Shown: positions 58,062 through 64,000 of the stretch, piece after piece
Layout of the letters: the number at the start of each line of letters is the position of its first letter
Numbering within the stretch: position 1 is the first letter of the stretch
Assembly: GCA_965263035.1 (NCBI GenBank)
Contig: OZ253580.1
Coordinates: forward strand, 928,001 to 992,000
Source of the DNA: Acidobacteriota bacterium
Lineage (GTDB): Bacteria > Acidobacteriota > UBA6911 > RPQK01 > JAJDTT01
Direction: 5' to 3'
Length of the DNA stretch: 64,000 nucleotides
Notes under the pieces: model-generated
What the model was told of the DNA's origin: nothing
What the model saw: only the letters and a program-made list of their open reading frames with translations
Databases searched by the model: none
Made by a program: the position numbers and the translations under genes

Positions 58062-59870
58062 CTAGGCGCCTGAGACAAGCGAGACACGGACCTGCAGCAA
58101 CTCAACGGGCACGGAGGGCTCCCCTCCCCGTCGAGGATCGACCGTCAGCTCCAAGGCGTTGTTCCCTTTTCTCAGAGTAAGCGGATCCACTTTGAAGCTC
58201 AGCCAGCCGGCTTCTTTTTGAAAACCCAGGCCGTACCCAGCTTCCGTGTACTGCCTGCTGGTTTCCGGGGAAATGTACCCTTTCGGTGAAGACGGTTGCG
58301 GATTGGAGATCGGCCGGCCGTTGAGTTTCCAGGTGGCCCGTCCCCCGTCGGTTGCGTCTTTCCATTGGGTCAGCACGGTCGCTGTCGCCACGGAATCAGG
58401 CTCATCAACGATGGTCAAGGCGAACCGCACGCTATTCGACCCCGACTGGGTGGTCAACACCCGGGGCAACTGGCCGGGTATATTCCGCGTCTTGGAAGGC
58501 CGATCCGGGTCGATGGCATAGAGCTTGTTCTTGCCTACGAGGGCCTTTGGGTCCCCTACACGAGGCACCGTACCGTAGTCTTTTGGATCGGTGGGGCCGT
58601 GATGGGTATGCCAATCAAAGAGGTAGATTCCGTCTACTCCCTCTTCCCAAAACCGGTGGGAGGCTGCATCAACCGCGGTGTAGTCAGAGGCGACATCGTC
58701 TTCCAGCTCGGGATCGCGATGGTCAAACTTGGGCCGCCCGGTGCGAAAAGGTTGCACGAGACGGTCGAGACAGCCGTAGACCTGGATACCGTATCGATGT
58801 CCGAGTCGGACCCACTCTTGGATAGGGATGGAATAAGGCATCAGTCCGGAACCGCCTATGATGAGATCCACCCAGTGGTTGCGAGCCCAGGTCTCCGGGT
58901 CCAGTCCGGCCGACAGGCTCAGCTGGATGCTGTCCGGAGGGCGGACGGCGAGTAGAATCGGATGTCCTCGCCTTTCCCCGAAGTGGTCCAGTGTCTGACG
59001 GACCTGATGAACGAAGTCGTTCATGATGGGCGTGTTCCGGCGCTGCTCCCCGAGCTTGAAGAACATGCTGTGCCGGCACCAGTCGAGTTCCACTCCATCC
59101 AGGTCATAGCGGCGGCAGGCTCCTTCCACCACCTCCAGGTATCGGGCCCGGACCTCGGGGAGCGCATAGTTGTAGCCCGCCCAGAAGCGGGCGTCGCGAG
59201 AAGCCATTCCGTTGCGTTTGATGACGTCTGCCAGCGGATGATCTTCCTCGGCCTGACGGCGCAACTCGACGATCTCTTGGGGGTCGTAAAGGTCCTGTTT
59301 CTTCTCGATTTCACTGTAGCGTTGAATCCAGGGCAGGGTTTTCTTTTCCCAGTGTTCCCTCGAAATAAAACCCAACATCAGTTCAGGATGTTTGAGCCTG
59401 AATGGGGGCCAGTAGGAGGCCTTTGGAGGGAACAGGGAGGCGTGGATGTCATTCATTCGAATGGAGTAAAAAAACTCCATTCCATTCTGGCGCGCGAAGT
59501 CGACTGCATGCCTGACGGGATTCGGACCCAGGACTTCGATGTGTTCTTGTGGGAACTCCCAGTCGGGCTCGTTGACATGGGCACAGTAGAAAATGCTGGC
59601 TACTTCCGTCCCCTTCACATAGCTGAGCGTGTTCGCCAGGAACTTGCCGGGTGATTTCAGGGGATTCGGCCACTTACCGCCTGCGTAGGCGGGCTGCAGC
59701 ATGTCACTGCCGTCGTTGTTCCAAAGAACGGGACGCTTTCGCCGCCTGGCCTTCGCTCTCTTAGCAGCCGGACTGGAGCCCAGAACGGCAGGGGCGCCGC
59801 CGTGGGCAGAAACGGAGGAAAGCCAAGTTGCGGCAGTCATTTGTTTCAGAAACGTTCGCCGATTCTTCAT
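58062..59870 (-). CDS. Tat-exported GHL10/DUF187-like protein (paralog of 42853-44646)
   Basis: NRRTFLK; WNNDGSDMLQPAY, IRMNDIH, YDLDGVELDWCRH, DWHTHHGPTDP. Confidence 0.7.
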   Translation of the reverse strand: MKNRRTFLKQMTAATWLSSVSAHGGAPAVLGSSPAAKRAKARRRKRPVLWNNDGSDMLQPAYAGGKWPNPLKSPGKFLANTLSYVKGTEVASIFYCAHVNEPDWEFPQEHIEVLGPNPVRHAVDFARQNGMEFFYSIRMNDIHASLFPPKASYWPPFRLKHPELMLGFISREHWEKKTLPWIQRYSEIEKKQDLYDPQEIVELRRQAEEDHPLADVIKRNGMASRDARFWAGYNYALPEVRARYLEVVEGACRRYDLDGVELDWCRHSMFFKLGEQRRNTPIMNDFVHQVRQTLDHFGERRGHPILLAVRPPDSIQLSLSAGLDPETWARNHWVDLIIGGSGLMPYSIPIQEWVRLGHRYGIQVYGCLDRLVQPFRTGRPKFDHRDPELEDDVASDYTAVDAASHRFWEEGVDGIYLFDWHTHHGPTDPKDYGTVPRVGDPKALVGKNKLYAIDPDRPSKTRNIPGQLPRVLTTQSGSNSVRFALTIVDEPDSVATATVLTQWKDATDGGRATWKLNGRPISNPQPSSPKGYISPETSRQYTEAGYGLGFQKEAGWLSFKVDPLTLRKGNNALELTVDPRRGGEPSVPVELLQVRVSLVSGA

Positions 59871-60232
59871 GGTTCGTTCTCCTGTTTGCTTGACTACTGC
59901 ACCAGGCAAGAGCGTCTCTAAAGAGCATGCTCCGTGATACCGTGACCCGTCAACGCGTTTCTTCCGGCGACGGTCAAGCTCTTACCAGCGCGGAGATCAA
60001 GATGACGAAGAGATTACTTGGCACGGCCGCCTATTTGCTGATGCTGTGCCTGCAGGGTAACTGCCGGAGCTGGCGGACTGGGGCAACGGCTGTGGCGAGC
60101 AATCCATGCAGAGGATGCCCAACGGGGATCTAATCGGAAGTTCCGGGAAGTGTTCCCCCTAAAATCAAGCTAAGTGGTTGATTTCCTTGCGGAAACAGCT
60201 TTGAGTCAGCTCATATATGTTCCCATGTACTA

Positions 60233-61382
60233 GTGTAGTGTCCCGTTAGTTCGTGTATAATAATAGGCGGTTCCTCATTCAGAAAGGAGACTGCCTATGC
60301 CCCGCGGACGCAAACTTCCCCCCTTGGTACTCAGCGACGAGCAGCGACATCAACTCCAGGGAGTCGCCCGTTCCACCAGTCTGCCTCACGGCTTGGTCCT
60401 GCGAGCCCGCATGATCCTGGCCAGTGCCGAGGGCCTCACCAACCGGGCAGTGGCCGAACGGGTCGGGGCTTCGCCCCAAGCCGTCGGCAAGTGGCGTCGA
60501 CGCTTCCTCGAACTCGGCGTTCAGGGCTTGCATGACGAGCTTCGTCCCGGTCGTCCCCGCAGCTACGACGACGAGAAGGTCGCCCAGGTGATCAGCCGCG
60601 CTCTGCAGCAGAAGCCGGCCAACGCCGAGAACTGGAGCGTGCGCTTGATGGGCGCCGCCGAGGGCGTCTCCAAGACCACCGTGCAGCGCTGGTTCTCGCT
60701 TTTTGGCATCAAGCCTCATCTGGCCCAGACCTTCAAGCTCTCCAACGACCCCTTCTTCATCGAGAAGGTCCGAGATATCGTGGGACTTTACCTCCATCCC
60801 CCCGACCACGCCATGGTGCTGTGCGTCGACGAGAAGTCTCAAATCCAGGCCCTGGACCGGACCCAACGGGCCCTGCCCCTGGGTCTCGGGTACGTTCAAG
60901 GATATACGCACGATTACATCCGCCACGGCACCACCACCCTTTTCGCGGCCCTGGATGCCGCCACGGGTCGCGTGATCGCTCAATGCAAGAAGCGCCACCG
61001 CCACCAGGACTTCCTGGCCTTTCTGAGGTTGATCGACCGGGAAGTGCCGCCCGATCTGGACCTCCACTTGGTCGTCGACAACTATGCCACGCACAAGCAT
61101 CCACGGGTCCGGGCCTGGATTGCCAAGCGGCCACGCTACCACTTACACTTCACCCCCACCTACGCCTCCTGGCTCAACCAAGTGGAGCGCTGGTTCGGTT
61201 TGATCACACAGCGAGCGATCAAGCGCACCTCGTTCCGCAACGTGAGACACTTGGTGAAGACGATTGAGGAATTCACCCATCGATACAACCAAGAGGCGAA
61301 ACCCTTCGTGTGGGCCGCCACAGCCCAATCCATCCTGGACAAGCTAGCACGATTATCTACTCGTATTTCCAGGACACCACAC
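60233..61382 (+). mobile_element. IS630-family element
   Basis: TIR GTGTAGTGTCCC / GTGTGGTGTCCT; TA duplication at 60231-60232 and 61383-61384. Confidence 0.9.
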
Positions 61383-61385
61383 TAG
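60297..61385 (+). CDS. IS630-family transposase
   Basis: HTH, CVDEKSQIQAL, DNYATHK, TPTYASWLNQVERWF. Confidence 0.95.
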   Translation: MPRGRKLPPLVLSDEQRHQLQGVARSTSLPHGLVLRARMILASAEGLTNRAVAERVGASPQAVGKWRRRFLELGVQGLHDELRPGRPRSYDDEKVAQVISRALQQKPANAENWSVRLMGAAEGVSKTTVQRWFSLFGIKPHLAQTFKLSNDPFFIEKVRDIVGLYLHPPDHAMVLCVDEKSQIQALDRTQRALPLGLGYVQGYTHDYIRHGTTTLFAALDAATGRVIAQCKKRHRHQDFLAFLRLIDREVPPDLDLHLVVDNYATHKHPRVRAWIAKRPRYHLHFTPTYASWLNQVERWFGLITQRAIKRTSFRNVRHLVKTIEEFTHRYNQEAKPFVWAATAQSILDKLARLSTRISRTPH

Positions 61386-61434
61386 AATGTATATTCTGTT
61401 GTATTGAATAGGTATATGGTCTCTAACTATTGCC

Positions 61435-63165
61435 ATGTACATCGACACCGTCCCCAATCGAAACTCCCGCCCCGCCATCCTCCTGCGCGAAGGCTGGCGC
61501 GAGGGTAAACGCGTCCGCAAAACCACCATCGCCAACCTCACCAACTAGCCTCAGGACAAGATCGAGCGACTCCGTCTCGTCCTCAAGAACGTCCCTCTCG
61601 TTCACCCCGATGAGCTCTTCGTGATCGAACGCTCCCTGCCCCATGGCCATGTCGAGATGGTCCTCAAAGCCATCCGCCGCCTGAAGCTCCCCGCTCTGAT
61701 CGATCCCAAGCCCTCGCGCCAGCGCGACTTGGTGCTGGCCATGATTGTTCAGCGCTTGCTGCATCCCGCCTCCAAGCTCGCCACCACGCGGCTCTGGCAC
61801 ACCACCACCCTGGCGTCGGAACTCTCCGTGGAAGACGCCGATGAGGACGACCTGTACGGGGCCATGGACTGGTTGCTCCAACGTCAGAATCGGATCGAGA
61901 AGAAACTGGCCCGGCGACATCTGGCCGAAGGGGATCACGTCCTTTATGACGTCTCCAGCAGCTTCTACGAAGGGCACACCTGTACCTTGGCGCAGTTCGA
62001 CCATAGCCGGGACGGCAAGCGCGGCCGGCCCATCATCGTCTACGGGGTGATGGCGGATGCGGCGGGACGGCCGGTGGCCGTCCAAGCCTATCCCGGCAAT
62101 ACGGGGGATCCGGGCACCGTGCCGGATCAAGTCGAGAAGGTACGCCAGCGCTTCGGGTTGAAGCGGGTGGTGCTGGTGGGGGACCGCGGCCTGATGACCG
62201 AGACTCAGATCAAGCATTTGAAGCGCCATCCGGGACTGGGTTGGATCTCGGCCCTGCGCCATACGGCGATCCGCGAACTGGTGGAAACCAAAGCGGTTCA
62301 GCTCTCGATCTTTGACGAGCGTCACTTGGCGGAGATCCGGACCGAGGCCTACCCGGGCGAACGGCTCGTCGTCTGCCACAACCCGATGCTGGGGGAGTAT
62401 CGGCGCCGCAAACACGAGGTCCTGTTGGCGGCCACGGAAGAGGAGCTGGCCAAGATCGCCCGGGAGGTGGCCCGGCGCACCAAGACGCCCTTGCTGGCTC
62501 CCCAGATCGCCGAGAAGGTGGGCCGGGTCAAGAACCGGTACAAAGTGGCCAAGCACTTCGAGATGGTGATCGAAGACGGGCGCTTCGAGTACGCCCGGCG
62601 CAACGAGGCCATCGCCCGGGAGGCGCAACTGGACGGGTTCTACATCCTGCGCACCAGCGAACCCGACGAGCGGCTGAAGACGGCCGATGTGGTGCGTAGC
62701 TACAAGAACCTGACGAACGTGGAGCGGGCCTTCCGCTCTCTGAAGACCGTGGACTTGCAGATCCGTCCCATCCGTCATCGGGCGGAGACGCGGGTGCGGT
62801 CGCACCTGTTCCTGTGCCTGTTGTCCTACTACGTTCAGTGGCATCTGCGCCGGGCCCTGGCCCCGTTGTTGTTCGATGACGAGGACCTGGATGCACACCG
62901 CGCTCGACGGGACCCGGTGCTGGCGGCCCAGCCGTCGGCATCGGCCAAACGGAAAAAGACGAAGCGGCAAACCGAGGACGGATTGCAGATCCAGAGCTTC
63001 GCCACACTGATGGCGGAGATGGCGACACGCGCCCGTCACCAATGCCGAACCGCCTCGGACCCGGACGGTCCGAGGCTGCAACGACTGACGGAACCGACGA
63101 CGCCGCAGCGACGGGCGATGGAGCTGATCCAGACGTTCCCAGTGACGACCAAAGCAGCTTCGTGA
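61435..63165 (+). pseudogene. IS1634-family transposase with premature TAG (61546-61548)
   Basis: MYIDTVPNRNSRPAILLRE...IANLTN*PQDKIE continues in frame; LYDVSS, VGDRG, VERAFRSLK, IRPIRHR. Confidence 0.88.
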
Positions 63166-63789
63166 CTTATCCTTTTATAATCAAGGAGTTATCTTGTCTC
63201 TGTGTCTGGAACTTCGGTCTAATGTGCGTCATGCGTACCCGGATGGCGGGCAACACGCTGGGAAGGCGTCCCTTGACGAAGGTGACGCATTCGCTGGCCG
63301 CCGCGCGCTCCTCGGATAACGGCTACACCTGGAGCAGGCCGGAGGCGATAGCGCCCTTCAGCGTCACGCCCCACTTGCGCACCTTGGATAACGGCACCGT
63401 TGCAGTCGTGTACGGGAGGCCAGGCGAGCATGTTCGCGCTTCGGCGGACAGCGGAAAGACCTGGAGCGAAGCCTTTCCGCTGGTGGGCCCCACGGAGGCC
63501 CAGCTGATGACCGAGTCCGGAGAAGAGCGTATGGCCCTGAGCCACACCGGACACGGCTCCGCCCAAACCAGGGTCAGCAGCTGAAGCAATATGGATGTGG
63601 TCGTCACCGGTCCCGACCGGTTTGTCGTTTCTTATTCTGACTTCCAGTACAGGGATAGGGAGGACTGGAAGCGAAAGGCCATCAAGGTATAGCAGAAGTG
63701 ATCGTCGAGACGCCAAAGCAGAGACGCCTGCGACAGATACAGTGTACGCGAGTTCGCCTCAAACCCGACGGTTCCACTCTGCCACGCCT

Positions 63790-64000
63790 TCAGGCATCGA
63801 TTTTGGCGCGCCAGTGCACGGACTTCCGAACGGTCAGCTCGCGCAAAAATTCGATCCCGTGGCCGATGCCCAGGCCGCTGCCTTTGAAGGGTTCGGCGGG
63901 GGCACCGGGGGCCTGGCCGCGCTCGGTGTTGATCTTGATCATGCCGGCCTTCAGTTTCTCGATGGCGGCCATGGCTCGCGACGCGCTTTCGGTGCAGACG
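63790..64000 (-). CDS. Aldehyde dehydrogenase, C-terminal part (runs off window)
   Basis: LKAGMIKIN...PFKGSGLG...K.VH. Confidence 0.7.
   Translation of the reverse strand, partial: VCTESASRAMAAIEKLKAGMIKINTERGQAPGAPAEPFKGSGLGIGHGIEFLRELTVRKSVHWRAKIDA

Larger units (their letters stand above)
60135..63217 (+). mobile_element. IS1634-family element containing an IS630
   Basis: TIR CGGAAGTTCC / GGAACTTCGG; 6-bp TSD TCTAAT (60129-60134, 63218-63223). Confidence 0.88.
60002..63700 (+). pseudogene. Decayed BNR/sialidase-like gene interrupted by IS1634
   Basis: Signal MTKRLLGTAAYLL; RMPNGDL | MCVMRT rejoins across the TCTAAT TSD; SSDNGYTW, YGRPG, SADSGKTW; end approximate. Confidence 0.7.

Noticed and set aside
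61546-61548. In-frame TAG at expected Trp positions (IS1634 transposase; also 57507-57509) suggesting amber recoding
   Set aside because: TAG is a normal stop in intact genes here (e.g. lpxD, SSF transporter); single TGG>TAG changes in decaying elements explain it
48480-63081. Long antisense ORFs (48480-50018, 61423-63081; similarly 26493-28034, 29424-30602)
   Set aside because: Shadow frames of GC-rich genes on the opposite strand with no recognisable motifs

Overview
GC-rich bacterial DNA, most consistent with an Acidobacteriota genome. The gene content (Oar-like TonB receptor, ASPIC/UnbV-CRTAC1 and TPR proteins, many BNR/sialidase-like paralogs, PhyH) resembles host- or sponge-associated lineages; this is inference. 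From 1 to 19 kb there is an uptake/hydrolase cluster, from 19 to 24 kb core genes (ogt, xerD, murJ, lpxD, yefM-yoeB), and from 24 to 44 kb accessory hydrolases with several decayed genes. From 45 to 63 kb is a heavily nested mobile-element region: three IS1595-family elements, two IS1380, a group II intron, and an IS630 inside an IS1634. Three observations stand out. (1) All three IS1595 elements share the layout transposase - variable cargo (restriction/modification remnants in two) - conserved ~60-70 aa 'SYQPxK/RxE' protein against the distal TIR; one copy is absent from the ORF track. (2) A group II intron sits inside the terminal inverted repeat of IS1380, and its predicted EBS1 matches the TIR. 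(3) A ~160-bp MITE in three copies shows compensatory base changes along a rod-like fold. No rRNA, tRNA or CRISPR array was seen.
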